A stretch of DNA of 64,000 nucleotides from Moniliella sp. 'wahieum' (Eukaryota), in the NCBI GenBank assembly GCA_003971905.1, contig RSEE01000057.1:1-64000 (forward strand), read 5' to 3'. Below the pieces are notes generated by a model. The model saw only the letters and a list, made by a program, of their open reading frames with translations. It was not told the DNA's origin and ran no database searches. Shown piece after piece: positions 34,680 through 47,997 of this stretch (position 1 is its first letter; each line of letters opens with the position of its first letter). A program made the translations under genes and the position numbers.

Positions 34680-37600
34680 CTAGGTGACCGGTGACGCAAC
34701 ATGTAATACTACATGAAGCGGTGCATTTGCGGTGCCAGTGTCAGTGGTTGGGCACTTAAGTTTCAGCCTCCGCCAGTGGCCGGGCAGGCTCAAGAGGGAA
34801 AGGGAACAAACGAGCAAAAAGCGCTGCTGAAGCAATTCCGGCGTACTGCGGTAGCCGGGCCGGCGCACCTGCTTCAAACTTCACCACAGGAAGAGATAAC
34901 ACTCGCATCGTCCTTGTTCATGTCCTTGTACTTGGGTGTGGCACAATATTCGTTCATCTCTTGCACCACCTGCATTGCGGTCCAATAGGCTGGAACGCGG
35001 TCCAGAGCACGGGGCACGAAGGACTGGTGCGCCCTGCATAGCCAGTTGGCGCCAAGCACACCGCTTCCCGCACCCTCCCCCTGAGCCAGCTCGATGCACC
35101 ATAGCCTTGACAAACCTCGGCCGTACGCACGGTCCCAGCCCACGGATTGGTAGTGGTGCCCCACATCGACGTCGCGCCATAGGGCTCGGCAGTGCTAAAG
35201 GTGGTGCACCAACGTAAGTTGCCACTCGTATACGCCATCATCGCATCGGCCAACACCATACTTTCCTCCTCGCGGCGTGGTACTCGTTGCCATCGAGTTG
35301 AACAGCGACCGCGCCAGGTCCAAGCCGGTCAACGAGGATGCTGAAGTGGCGGATCCAGGAGCCGCGAATGCGACGTCTGCGCCCACCGCGTTATCCGGCG
35401 GGGGGAGGGGGTGGGATGGATCTCGGTCTCGGTCTTGGTGGTGATTTTGGTCCTGGTCTTGATTTATTTTGATGGTGGGGTTGTCTTGGTGGCGCTGTGG
35501 GCCGGGTCGGTCCGGGTTCGGCTGCGCGGGAGGGACCCGAGAACGCGAATGATCTGTGCTGCGACGGAAGGATCGGGGGGCGACGTGGAAGGGCTGAGCA
35601 AGGCCTGCTGGAAAGCTGCGGGACGCGGTCCACCTGTCCATGGTGCACGTACACCGCCATCAAACTCACTACCTCAGTCCAGGTTGTTGCCCGTGGGCCT
35701 GGGCGCGGCGGTGGTCGTACAGTGCAACAGCCTTATCCCAACTGGTTCTTGTCCACACCCCATGTACCACACTTGGTTGTGGGTGCACACCTTGTCTTCC
35801 CCGTTGACGGGGATATCGTCCCGTCCTCCACCTGCCGCACACAGGGGTAAGTCCTAGGTCAGCTGCGACAGAACAACAAAGGCCCTAACCAAAATAACAC
35901 AGAGGGGGGGACGTACTAAGTGGAGAGACAGAGACCGCAGGACGACCAACGGAAACGGTTGGTCCACATTAGATGCCTCTGCCAGCACAGCTTGTATCGC
36001 TTCGACAGACATGTCGGGCAAAGCGGTACGGATGAGGTCGACGACGGCAGCCTGCATATCCCGACCGGTCCTACAAGTAGACGAAGCCGAGGTGCCGCGC
36101 CACAAATCGTAAATCCGCAATCCGGCCAGCAGATCGGTCCTCCGCACGGCGGCCTGCATGGCTGCGTGCCACTGCGCCGGGGTGAGGTGGTGGCGTTGGT
36201 GCACCACCCGAGTCAAAGTCCTCTCGTCCGTGCCAAACCACGAAAGGAACAGTTCCAATCGCTCGTCCACGTCCACGTCCACTGCGCACGTCGCCACGTA
36301 CTCGGTAACCAGCGCTTCCACCACAGGCAACCAGGCTACCTCAGCCGGCACAACCGCCAAAAATAACCGGTACGTCGAACCGGAGAGAGAAACGTGGTGG
36401 GCCCTAAGACGTTGCCAGTGCAGCACAGCCAAGTCGGCCCGGCCCACACGCAGAAACGCCACAACCATCGTATTCTCCAGGAGGAGGAAGCGGACCGAGC
36501 GCGAAGCTGGCGCAGCTTGGTTCCCAGCGACTGGGATTCGCGCAAGGACCCACAGACCGACTTGGTACAGGAACGCGATCCACCGCGTTCGTACTGCCCC
36601 AGCTTGGGGCCAGGCGGGGACCAGGTCTAGCAGCGCAAGGATCAGCTCAAAGTCCGGTACTGAGCCTCGGCGAACGGTTTCGTCCAGTGCTAGTAGCCGG
36701 TCCTGCAGTGGGCAGGCGGGGTCGGCCAGACGGGTTGTGAGGTGCGACGGGACCAAAGTAGCTGGTTTGCGGGGAAGAAAGTACAGAGCGGCAGGGCAGG
36801 GAAACCCGGTACGGTGACGGTAAAGGAAGTCAAGTCAAATGGGATGTCGGGGTCCTGTTGCAGCACGTGTACCACCGCCGACGTATCGAGCAACAAGGGG
36901 ATTGAGGGGGAGGGCGAAGGTGTGCCTTGTGGCGTACACAGTTTCCTCGTCTGGTACACCACGTACTGGTCAAACAAGGTGCGAGTGATGGATCTCTGAT
37001 CCGATTCGGAAGGGAAGGGAGGCGAGAGGATCCATCGCCAAAAGGACGCAAGAGCAAGTGGAACACGGAACAGGTCGTTAGCACGACGAAAAGTGAACTG
37101 ATGGACGACCTTGTACAGCGAGAGGAACAGTGACTTGAGACTTAGTTCCAACTTGGGCTCGGTGTGTCCCATCAGCCGACTCAGGTGCAGGAACCCAGTC
37201 AAGATGCCCTGCCACGACGCCAACATCTTCGTCCAGCCCATGTCGGGGGACAAAGTTTGTGCCAAGATAGGCTCGAGGAGGGGAAGTTGGGCCCACACCA
37301 CGTTCTGCTCCGCAGCCGAAAGGCTACTCGCGTGGGCAATGATACTTTGGAACACGGCCTGCGGTTGACGGACCGGGTCGCTCTCGGTCGCGTGGGCGGA
37401 TGCCTGAATCACGTTGCACAGCGTAGGAGCCGTGAGAGGTTCATGCTGGATGGTGGTCAGGGCTTGCAACAAGTACTCCACTCGCGAGAGATCTAGACTG
37501 GGCGAACTCGAACTCTTGTGTGTGGAACCCGAGGCCGAGGCCGAGACGCTGGCAGGTGCCGGAGGGAGCAGATGCAGCTGGAACAAGCTCGCAATCACGT

Positions 37601-39903
37601 CTGCTGGCACTTTCCATTCTGCCTCGGTCGCGAGCAGAAGTACAATGTGCTGCAACTGTCTTGCCTTGTCGTCCTCCCCTCTTTCCGGGTAAAACGCCAA
37701 AAAGGTACGCACCACCTCGCACACATCCATCCCCACCTGCTTCACAGATGAGATCTCAATGTCCGTCTCGGGCCAACGCGCATACTGCAACGTCGTCTCC
37801 AGCACGTCTAGCGCGCGCGTCCAGTCCCCATTCAACATCAGCCCACGAAGATACACATTGATCAGCGTGGCGGCGCAGGGAAGAGGTTGGTTGGTGAGGC
37901 GAGACGGTACCCTTGGTGGCACGAACTCGTCTTCCATTAGGTCGTGGGCCATGAACGAGAGGTCGCCTCCGCCGGTGACTAAGTCGGAGGAAAGCGGGGG
38001 CACGTGCGGGATCGGAGCAGCGAAAGTCCTTGGTGCCGACTGGATCGGTCGTAAGATATGTGCCATGGCTTCAGTTGCCGAAGGCAGATCCCCCTGGAGC
38101 AAACAGGTTTCAAGGTGGCGCGTCCAGACGTCAGTTTCTGTCCAGCCGGGCGGGAGCGCCGCGTGCGAGTCAAGGTAAATCGTAAACATTCGACGACGGA
38201 ACACGCTGTGCGCTGGGTCCAGCTTGGCTGGCTAGGAAGCCGACGAAACCACGAGAAGCCTTGGTTGTTCACGAACGTTTCCCGCGTATCGTCCAGCGGA
38301 CGGTAGAGGAGTAAGGTGGCCATGGCGAGGGGAAGTGGTGTGGTGACCGTGCTCAGTTTCATTACGCTTAGTACGCTGCGATCGGCTGAAACGCAGCTGA
38401 GCTGGACGGGGGCGGTGGCGAAGCTGGACAAGATGCTGGCCATGTCGAGCTCGGCACCTGCGTCTGCCGTACCTCCATAGGAAAAAGGGTTCATCATACG
38501 AACCACATCCAAAGCCAAGCCCGGTTCGTGAGCTAGCAGGCACGCTTGGAAGAGTGTATTGTAAGTGGCCGGATCGACTGGCGCTTGGTCCCGGGCACGC
38601 GCGGTCGAAAGAAGAGAGAACGCTTGCAGGACGCCCCGCGGCCTGGGCGGGCGGGAAAATGTCGTCATGCCAAGTCCGTCCGAAGCAAGGTAAGGTGGTG
38701 GGGTAATGCCGGGGATCAGGAGCGTGCCGAGCAACTGTTCCTCGCCTGAATCCACCAGCGCATACAGAGAGAACAGCTCGATAAATAAGCTCAGTGTACT
38801 GGTTTCCATCGTGGCATGGTGCAGAAGCATATGGTAAAAGATGGTCAAAACGTTCAGGATGCCTTGGGCGTGACCTGGAGGCCCCCAGCGCCCTAGGAAC
38901 TGTTGCGATTGGTTCATGATACCGTCCGGAACCGCGTGGCGGCGACGAACAGAGCTCGATGGGCCCTTAGCCTTGTTGTTCACCTGCCGCGCTCCAGGCA
39001 CGGACAAAGAAAGGTCGAACGTCAGCGTCTTCGTCTTGCCTAGGTAGGAGGACATGCGGGGGTACATCGCATGGGGGGAAGTTCCCGCCAAAGTCAAGCT
39101 CAGCACATTCAACATATCGTCGTACACGACTGTGGGCAGCGGCGGCACCGCCTGCGACTGACCACGGGGCGTGTCGGCGTGCTGGAGGAGTGTGCAGAAC
39201 CGCTCGTACAGCCGAGCGGCGCGGTCCGACATCGGGATAAAGGAGGTCCCTTCTTTGGCGGTACGAGCATGGAGCCAGCTCGCGGTCGCACATGCCTCAT
39301 CATGGAACTGATCGATCTCCTGCTGAAGCTGCGGCGTGAGCGGGATGGCTTGTGCCAGTGCGCTCGGGCCCCGGAGCGGACGAGTATGTTGTAGATGTTG
39401 GAACGTGCGAGTGTGCTCTAAGGCTTGCATTCGAAGTTCATGCGAGTCGCGCGTTGTGACTTGCTCGTCGGTCCGGACGGGGCTGAATAGGTCGACAAAG
39501 CGCGGAGGAGACGAAGCGGCGGTGGGCTTGGAAGAGGAAGAGGAAGAGGAAGATGCGGCAGATCCTTGACGATTAGGTCCTATCGAAACACATGTCCGTC
39601 AGCACAGCACGCAGCAGGGCGAATTGCTTTCGCACGGGGGAAGCACACACGCAGGGGGGAGGGCGCATCGGCCTTGGCTGGGAAAAGGAGGAGCGGCGGA
39701 GGTGGCTGTGAGGTGAACGATCGTGGTTGTCGTTTTGGCTCTGCGCATCGCGCGGGACATCGTCATGGCCGCGTCGCCCCCGCAAGACGAGCAAGGGGCG
39801 GATCGTCGTGGCCGTGGCCGTGTCCGCGGCCCGGAGGGCGAAAGGGGCCGCCCGGCGCGGCGGCCGAGGCGAAGGGCGAGCGAAATCGCGGGCTGTAGGG
39901 CAT
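34680..39903 (-). CDS. Large pentatricopeptide-repeat (PPR)-like protein, probably mitochondrial
   Basis: PPR-like motifs DPATYNTLFQACLLAHEPGLALDVVRMM, LINVYLRGLMLNGDWTRALDVLE, ENTMVVAFLRVGRADLAVLHWQRL..STYRLFL, AQWHAAMQAAVRRTDLLAGLRIYDLW in ORFs 37979-39430, 36690-38204 and 35854-36756. Intron 35854-35916. Both ends approximate. Confidence 0.6.
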
Positions 39904-40296
39904 CACAAGCCCATCCGCGTGCACAGGTCGACGAGGACGGGCGGTACATAGGCCCAGACGGTACATGCGCCCACACACCACACCCTACAGACGCAGGCGA
40001 CACCCAACAAGACGAGGAAGAAACGAAAAAGAAGTGGTGACCGGTGAGTGGTGGTGGGTGGTGGTGCGTACCTTCGCGTCGTGCTGGTCTGCTGCTATAC
40101 TGCTACTGCCCCCCCCCCCGTCTTCTTCCGCCTTCATTATTTCACTGTCCGCCGCCCTATCTCACTTCTCACTTCTCACTTCTCACCCGTCGGACCATCG
40201 ATCAAGCGACATGTATTTGTATTCCTCCAGAACCACATCAGACGACAAACGGCAGCCGAACCGGGCGTGTCGACCAGCGCATCCAGCCCGCCCACT

Positions 40297-41496
40297 CTAC
40301 TTCTTCGCCCGCTTCTTCACCTCCTCGTCCTTGACTGCGTGCAGGTACACCGCATTTGGCCCTTGGGCTGCGCCCTGCCATCCGCGTGACCAGTCGTACG
40401 AGACGGCGTACGCCAAGATGGTGCCGGTGCGGTTGAACGTGGCGGCAGAGATGGGACCGCCCTTATTGTCGAACGCCTTGAGTCGGATCTTGTTGTCCTT
40501 GTCCCAACTCGAGATGGTCCCGTCCGAGCCGGCGGTGACAAAGGTGCCCTCGGTCGGGTGGAAGGCCAATGCGTTGACCGCAAAGATCTGTGACGGTTCG
40601 CTCCGGTTCGGCGACTCTTTCCGGTGACACTTGAAGGAAAAGTTGGAGGCTTTGTTCTCCTCTCGGATATGCTGGATCGCAACGCGTCCTTCGACACTTC
40701 CCACACCAAACCCAGGCACATTCCCGCCCTTGAAGCAGGACAGAGCGCGTGTCTGCCATTTGAGCGGGCTCTCTTGACTCTGTTGTTCACTCCTGGTCAG
40801 TTCCCTCCCTTTTTCACCGCAGCTTGCCATTGCAAGACCAGACACGTACAATGAACGCCGCTGCCGGGTTGCGCTGCATATCAAAAATCTCAATCTTGCG
40901 TTCGGCCGTGCCGCATACGAGGAAGTTTTGGAACGTGTCCATGGCATAGCATCGCTCCGACAATTGTGCTGTGGCAATGGGGTTAGCCTGGCGCAGATCC
41001 CAGTACTTGACCGTCTTGTCCCAGCTGCCTGTGGCGAGGATACCGCCATTCATGTCGATCCAGCGCAGACACTTGACCGCTTCGTTGTGAGCCGCCACCT
41101 GGCTCGTCTGGCCCGTGTTGACATCAAACAGCCGTGCCGCCTTGTCCACACCAGCAGAGAGGACCTTGGTGCCGTCTGGGCTCCAAATCACATCGAGCAC
41201 AGGAGCCTCGTGGTTGTACGACGCCTTGCCCGAGGAGGTGCCGTTAGCCTCGACGCCGTAGATGCGCACCGAGTTGTCCCAGCTGGACACGGCTAGGAAG
41301 TCGGCGGCGGGGAGAAGGAGAGGGCAGAGATGCTGTCGGGCGGGGGCTGGGCCAGCGCAATGTCTTCGTTGGCGGCAGGCACGGCGGGGGTTACGATGGA
41401 GGGACGCGCGGCGCCAAACTGGACAGAGGAGGCGGACTGGGTAGTGCCAAAGGCGGGGCGCGCACCAAAGGTGCTGGATCCACCAAAGAGCGACAT
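40297..41496 (-). CDS. RAE1: mRNA export factor Rae1/Gle2 (WD40)
   Basis: PPDSISALSFSP..LAVSSWDNSVRIY..LATGSWDKTVKYWDLR..ERCYAMD..ESPLKWQTR..GSVEGRVAIQ..NFSFKCHR..TAGSDG..AYAVSYDWSRG. Intron about 40780-40849. Confidence 0.95.
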
Positions 41497-41970
41497 GGGA
41501 GGCAGGGACACTGGTGGTGGTGTGGTGGTGGTGGTGGCGCTGGCGAGGGCGAGGGCGAGGGCAGGCGTGTGCTGGCAGCGCGACGAGGGACGAGGGAGCC
41601 TGCCTCGTCAAAACAGCTCGCCTATCCAGCCCATGTGCGGAATGGACATTCCGCCCCGCCACTGTTCACGCATCACCCTTCCTGTGCTGGCCTGGGGACA
41701 TTTTTGGGGGGTCAGATTCAGAGGCTGCTTGCTCTATGCGCAACCCAGCGGACGGGCCATCTATCTAACCCACTAGCCAGTGCAACCACTCTATCCCATC
41801 CCCATCCGTGTGCTCACACTCAGGGCCACTGCACGCCTCGCATGCCATTGTTGCCCCCGGCACACCGCAGCCCCCACGGGCGACGTAGCCCCAGTCCTAG
41901 TACCCGCGCCGGAACCGTCCGGACCCAGCCTGCAGAGCGGCGGCGAAGCTGGGCACAGGGAGATCATCAA

Positions 41971-43236
41971 TCATGTCAGTCCGTCAGTCCTCGTCACGAC
42001 CAAACAAGCAATCCAATCCATCGCACTAGCCCCGGCCGACGTACCCGATATCCTGCCTCCGCCTTCGCGTCCACGCACTGTCGCCGGCGCCGGCGCCTTG
42101 CCCCGGCATGGCACCAAAATCTTGTGACCGCCGCGGGACGCGAGGCTTCCGCCGCGCATCAGTTCCGGGTCCTCGAGGCCCAACGGATCGTCAATGGTCT
42201 TCTTGGACTTTTGCGTTTCTTGTTCGCGCCGTACGTAGCTGCATGGTGGTCCGCTACCGAAGGCGTCTGCATCACCCCGCCTCGCTCCACAAGGTGCGCC
42301 TTGACAAACGCACGCGACCGCGCGTTCTTCTTACTTGCCCGCTCGTCGGCTGCACCTTGGTCCACAGCCAAGCTCTCCGGACCAGACCGGGACACAAGTG
42401 TATCCCCTTGACGTAGCGAACGGACCACCGTCCTGCCATCTTCTAGCCGCCGCATGGGCTGGTTGTCGTACCCGCGCACGATACCTGTGCGGGCATCGCG
42501 CGCCCGCTGTTTCGCCGCCACAGCTTCCTTCAGTCGAAGCATTTTGTCTCGGCGGTCTCGGCGGCGGGCGCTTTGCGCTTGGTCCCTGTCCCGGCCCCGT
42601 CGCCAGTCCGGCAGAGAGGAGGAGGAGCCTCTGCTCGGCTTCGTACAGCGCAGCTTGACGTGCAAATGCTTTCTTGAACAATTCGGGATCCAATCGTGTG
42701 CTGCCCACGTCTTCTTCCTCCGACTCGTCCAGATCCGCATCCTCGTCGTCCTCGTCTTCCTCCTCCTCTCCTCCTCCTCCGACTCGTCCAGATCCGCACT
42801 CATCTTCATCCTCCTCTTCCTCTCCTCCTGCTCCTCCTCCTCATCCAGATCCGCATCCTCATCCTCATCTTCATCTTCCTCCTGCTCTTGCTCTTGCACC
42901 TCATGCGCAGACTGGGCCTGAGCACGAGCAGGGCGAGCCTGAGCCTGAGCACGCTCCTTTTTAGCCTGGGCACGAGCGCGCTGAGCGCGTGCCCTGCGCT
43001 CCTTTTGAGCCTGCACAGCCGCAGCAGCACAGGAGGCACCAGCAGGCGCAGCACCCGTATTGGTTGCCTCTTACGGGGGCATCCGAGTCCGAGTCTGAGT
43101 CCGAGTTCGAGTCCGAGTCCGCGGTCGCGTTGGATTGGGCGCCTGCCTTGGGGCGGATAGGCGCAGGAGGCGCAGATGCAGATGCGGGAGGTGCGGCATG
43201 GGACGGACTCTGGCCGCGGAAGGTGGTTTTGGCCAT
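41971..43236 (-). CDS. Acidic/basic low-complexity protein, possibly nucleolar (loosely Bud21/Utp16-like layout)
   Basis: SDSDSDSDAP followed by a charged helix AQKERRARAQ, an E/D tract, TRLDPELF and a basic C-terminus. Family assignment is weak. Confidence 0.5.
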
Positions 43237-43586
43237 GGCGAAGGGCGGGCGCAGGCGGTGGGCGCTTTGCAGGCGGGTGGGTGCGAACGCAGCGGACAGG
43301 CCAAGGACCAGACAAACCAGCCTCGCCAGCTGCCTGGCACACCTCTGGTCGTAACACCTTGTCGCAGCCCAGGGAAGAAAAAAAAGGGCGGAATCCACCG
43401 GCCTTCCGCTGCACGCGTACTTGTACTTGGGTGCCCATGGGACGGGTCACGTGAGCGCAGGCGACGCGCTTCCCAGCGCTGCCCAGCAAGCAACACAGCC
43501 GCACATCTTCATCTGCATCTGCATCCGCAGCCCACCCCCTCCACCTGCTCTCCCTCCGTCCTTCCTTGCTGGCCGCTGCCACCACC

Positions 43587-45713
43587 ATGGACGTCGACGA
43601 GTCGGGCCTTCTGCAGCTCAACGCTGTCTCCAGGCACGCGGGTACATCACCCGCCCACTCGACTTTGGCGATCTCACTCCGGCCCTGACGCCCGGACGGA
43701 CGACCCCGCGCCGACCTCCGATCCCAATCCCAATCCCAATCCCAGTCCCAACCCTGGTCCCGACGGTGCGGATGCAGGGCGTGCGGGGCGTACTTCGCAC
43801 GCGCGCAAGCGGTCGCCGCGCTCGCGCATCAAGGAGTTTTGCTGATATCATCACGCTCATCTTGGCGGACAGCACGCGGGACCTGGATGCGAAAACGGCG
43901 TTGGCCGCGCGTGTGCGTGTGTTGGAAGCGTCCTTGGCGCGCCAGCAAAAGGCTTTTTGATCCAGGGCGAAGACTTGATGGGGTCCCAAAAGCAAGCCGC
44001 TGCAGCACAAGCTATGGTCGAGTACGTACCCTTCCCCCCCGTCCATCTCCGTTTCCATCTCCACCTCCGTCTCCACCTCCGTCTCCACCTCCGTCTCCAC
44101 CTCCGGCTCCGTTTCATTTCCTACCCCTGCTGCCGGGCTGCTTGACTGACTGAAACGCTGTGTATTTGTCTATGTCTCTGTGTGCGGGGGGGTAGGAACG
44201 TGACGTCTTCCTGGACAGGCGAAAAAGTAGCGCACAAGACGACGGCGGACGAGTTGACCAAGCTCAAGCGGGACTTTGGCAGTGTGCGTCTGTCGGCGTC
44301 GCAGGCCAAGCATGCGGCCGAACGGCGTGCGGAGCTCCTAAAGACCAAGTTGAGCGACGGTGACAATCCAGACCCTCTTGACCAAAGGGTGTGCGGCCGA
44401 CCTGCGCGTGGTAGGCGGCGCATTTGGGTTGCCTGGCTCGCATTCGCCGCGTCGTCTGGGTCGCTAGCGGAGGACCAAGTTGCCGCCTTGGAGGCTGATC
44501 GGTCGGCTCTGGTACGCGAGTTGACGGCTGTCAAGTTATTTGCTACGGAATGCGTCAATGCGCTCCGTACGACCGCTATGCACTTGGCCAAACATGTCCA
44601 GACCCACCAACCTACCGCTCTGGCTTCTGACAAGAACAAGATCAAGCGTTCCCCGCACCTGGATCCGCAACTGCAACTGCAACTGACCTAGCTCTTCTGT
44701 CCCCTTCCACCGCCCTCCCCGCATTTGTCGGCGACCTCTTCCCTGCCCTGGTGCGGTACGTAGATGCGAACGGACAGGACCACCCGGCGTCCAAAGCGCT
44801 CCTCCAAGCCACGGAAGAAGTGGAGCACCAAGCTTCCCAAGTGGCCCTGTTGAGCGCCGAACGAGCCGAGAACGAGCAACGCGCCTTGTTACGCGCCAAG
44901 ACGGAGACCGTCACGTTCGCCGCCCAAGCCCAACTCCAAGCCCAAGTCCAAGCCAAGGCCACGGCCCAACGGGAAGCCAGGGGGGGCAAGGAGGATCAGT
45001 GGTTTCAGCTCCATCCCAGACCGAGGAGGATCTACGCACCTCCTTAGCCTCGACTCAACTGCGCCTGAGCCAACTGGACGGCGCAACAAAAACAAGAGCG
45101 TGACCTGGCCCGGGCACAGGACCAACTCGCTCAGACCACCACCTTGCTCGACATGTACCGTCAACGTGAAGCTGCTGGGTTTGCGCTGGAACCAACTATG
45201 CGCCGCGCAGCCGCACGAACAGAGTGATAGTTTCTCGGTCCACGTTCGTCGCGCACCTACTTCGCTACCTACCTCGGGGCCTACCTCCATGCCTACTTCG
45301 GGGCATACCTCGGGGCCTACGTCGATGCCCGACACGGATGTTGCTCTTGCGCCACAGGAACACGAGGGCGACACGACACCCAAGCAACTGCCTGCCCCAG
45401 CGAGGGGAGCACCACGCCTTCGTAGAAGGTACGGTGATTGATTATGGGTCGGACGCTGAGCCGGACACGCCGCGAGTGCAGCCGCGAGCGCAGGAGCAAG
45501 TCCCGACCAGGTCCCGACCAGGTCCCGACCCAGGCGCAGACCCAGGCGGACGCGGGCAAGAGGAAGAGAAAAGCGGACCAGGTGGGCGGTGTGGGGTGGG
45601 GGGAGGAGCCTACATCGACGCGGCGCGTATCGGCACGCTTGGGACGACGTCAAGCCGCACCCCACGCAGCAGCGGGTGACGAGAGAGAAATGCTGGTGGT
45701 GGGCTGGGTGTGA
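43587..45713 (+). CDS. Coiled-coil protein of the ADIP/SSX2IP/Msd1 (afadin- and alpha-actinin-binding) family
   Basis: MDVDESGLLQLNA.LQARGYITRPLDF..FADIITLILADSTRDLDAKTALAARVRVLEASL then a long coiled coil; intron from 44022. 3' end uncertain. Confidence 0.55.
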
Positions 45714-46073
45714 CTGGTGGTGGGCGTACCCGCGTGGAGGGGCCGGTGGAGTCGACGCCGCTGCCGCACCGGACCAATGCGAGGCGCGAGCCGCGGCTGG
45801 GGCTACGTGCGCCGGATCGTGTGCCGCGGCTCGGAGGGAGGCACGGCTGAGATGTGCGGTGTGGATGTGGATGTGGATTGGATGTATGTTGGCTTGTATA
45901 TGGGTTGGTTAGCTAGCTGTGTCCCTTCGTAGTAGGAGACGCCTCACGTGCGTGTCACGTGCGCTGACGTCACCCGCCTGCTCGTGCGACGTCTGCCTTC
46001 GATGGGCTGGGCTGGGATGTTCGGCCCAGCAGAGACGCCTGAGAAGATTCTGCGCCCCCACCCCCACCCTCCC

Positions 46074-47997
46074 ATGGCCTCCTCTTCACCGCCGCCGCAC
46101 CGTCGAGGTGCGTCTGCACACCGGCCACACCCTCCGGGCACCATCGCCAGCGTCGACCCGTCCAGCAGACCCTCACCGTCGCCACTGCCCACCGCACCTT
46201 CACCTGGCCCAAGACCCACATTGCGTCTCTCACCCTCTGCGACGCTCCCCCGAGCCACAGGCACAGTACACCCACAGGTACACCCACAGGTACACCCACA
46301 GGCACAGCCACAGGTAGAGCGTCCTCTACAGCTGCCCCGCCCACTGGTTCCTCACCCGCCCCAGCGCATTCGGCACCTGTCCAACACACCACTGCCTCGC
46401 CTCGGCGTGACGCTGGCGGACCATTCCCGATCGCAAAAAGACGCGGGGGAAGAAAGTCTCTACGGCCAGTCCTAGGCTGCCGCCAGGCACGCCCACAGGC
46501 ACAGGCAAGCCCACAGGCACAGGCAAGGCCACAGGCACGGGTGTGAGCACGGGTGTGCCGCCGCCCATCCCCGCCCGGGCTTTTCCGACGACTTTGACTT
46601 TGATGCAGCGCTGGGCAAGTTTGATAAGAAAAAGGAGTTTGAGGATTTAAGGTACGGGAGCGTTTAGCGTTTTCCTCTGCCCTCTTCCCTCTTCCCTCTT
46701 CCCTCTTCCCTCTTCCCTCTTCCCTCTTCCCTCTTCCCTCTTCCCTCTTCCCTCTTCCTCCCTCTTCCCCTTCCCTCTTCCCTCTTCCCTCTTCCCTCTT
46801 CCCTCTTCCCTCTTCCTCTTCCCTCTTCCCTCTTCCCTCTTCCCTCTTCCCTCTTCCCTCTTCCCTCTTCCCTCTTCCCTCTTCCCTCTTCCCTCTTCCC
46901 TCTTCCCGCTCTTTCCCTCTTCCCTCTTCCCTCTTCCCTCTTCCCTCTTCCCTCTTCCTCTTCCCTCTTCCCTCTTCCCTCTTCCTTCTTCCCTCTTCTC
47001 TTCCCTGTTCATTTGGCACATACAAGAAACCAAAGGGGGGGGGGGGGGGGGTACCACGCATGTCGACACGAGCGAACTAGCAGCTAACCTACCCATTTGG
47101 TATCTGGTCACTCAGAATGCCGACAAGACCGATCCTGCGCACCTTCTCGTGTCGCACAACAAGGCTGTACCGGGCTTGATCCCGCTCGTGCGCGGACCCA
47201 ATGGCGTTGGCCCAGCACCTCAAAGTCCAGTGCGCGCCAACCGCCCACGCGGCGCTCAGGATAAGTTGGGCATACACGAACCGGTGCTCAGTCCGCCCAG
47301 TTCGGAGTATGCGGTGCCCAGGTCGCCTCGGGCGCCTGCTGCGTCGCTCTCTGCTCGGGCGGCAAGAACGCCAAAGACGCCAACAACAACAAAGACGCCA
47401 AAGGCACGGATACGAGCGCAGCAAAGGAAAGCAAGGACGGGACGCGGAGTACTTCTCGTTCGCAGTCGCACTCGCGCACGCGCGGGGCCGAAGACGAGGA
47501 CGGGGAAAAGCAAGAGTTACGCATACGGGTCGCGTTGCTTGAAGCGTTGGCGGGGCTCCATGTGCAGCCTGCTGCGCCGGCGCCGGCGGAACTGGGCGTA
47601 AGCGAGCGGGCACGGACGTACGATGTGACTATGTTTCCGGGACCATGTCGCACAGAGTTTGGCTGCGACAGACGAGATGTACCCGACGGCCGCGACGGGC
47701 CCGACGCACTTTGAAGGTCAAGTGCAGTTTACTGTCGCCGCCTTGCCGGCTCCCCCTGCGGCAGCGACAAGGCCAAGCACAGCGACAAGCACACCGACAG
47801 CGCCCAAGACAACGGCAGCGGCCAAGACAAGGTTGTTGGAAGTACGCTATTTGGGCGTGAACGATGCAGCTACGGACCCTACGCTCCGCGGCGATGCTAT
47901 GCCGTTCAAGTACTCACGCTCCTTCACCCTCCGCCCGGAAACGGCACCTATCTTCGTTCGTCGCTTGCGAGCGGCCACGTTCCGCGATGCCGAGTAA
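46074..47997 (+). CDS. FDF/DFDF-motif protein (Edc3-like FDF domain) with an atypical C-terminus
   Basis: FSDDFDFDAALGKFDKKKEFEDL (46581-46649), intron 46652-47115, then NADKTDPAHLLVSHNK..QDKLGIHEPVL. No LSm or YjeF_N domain recognised. Confidence 0.6.
46680..47006. repeat. Intronic homopyrimidine 7-bp microsatellite (CCTCTTC)n, about 46 units
   Basis: Read directly; followed by a 17-G run at 47035-47051. Confidence 0.95.

Noticed and set aside
45970..47111. Long minus-strand ORFs encoding (EEGRGKR)n
   Set aside because: An artefact of the stop-free CCTCTTC intronic microsatellite, antisense to the FDF gene.
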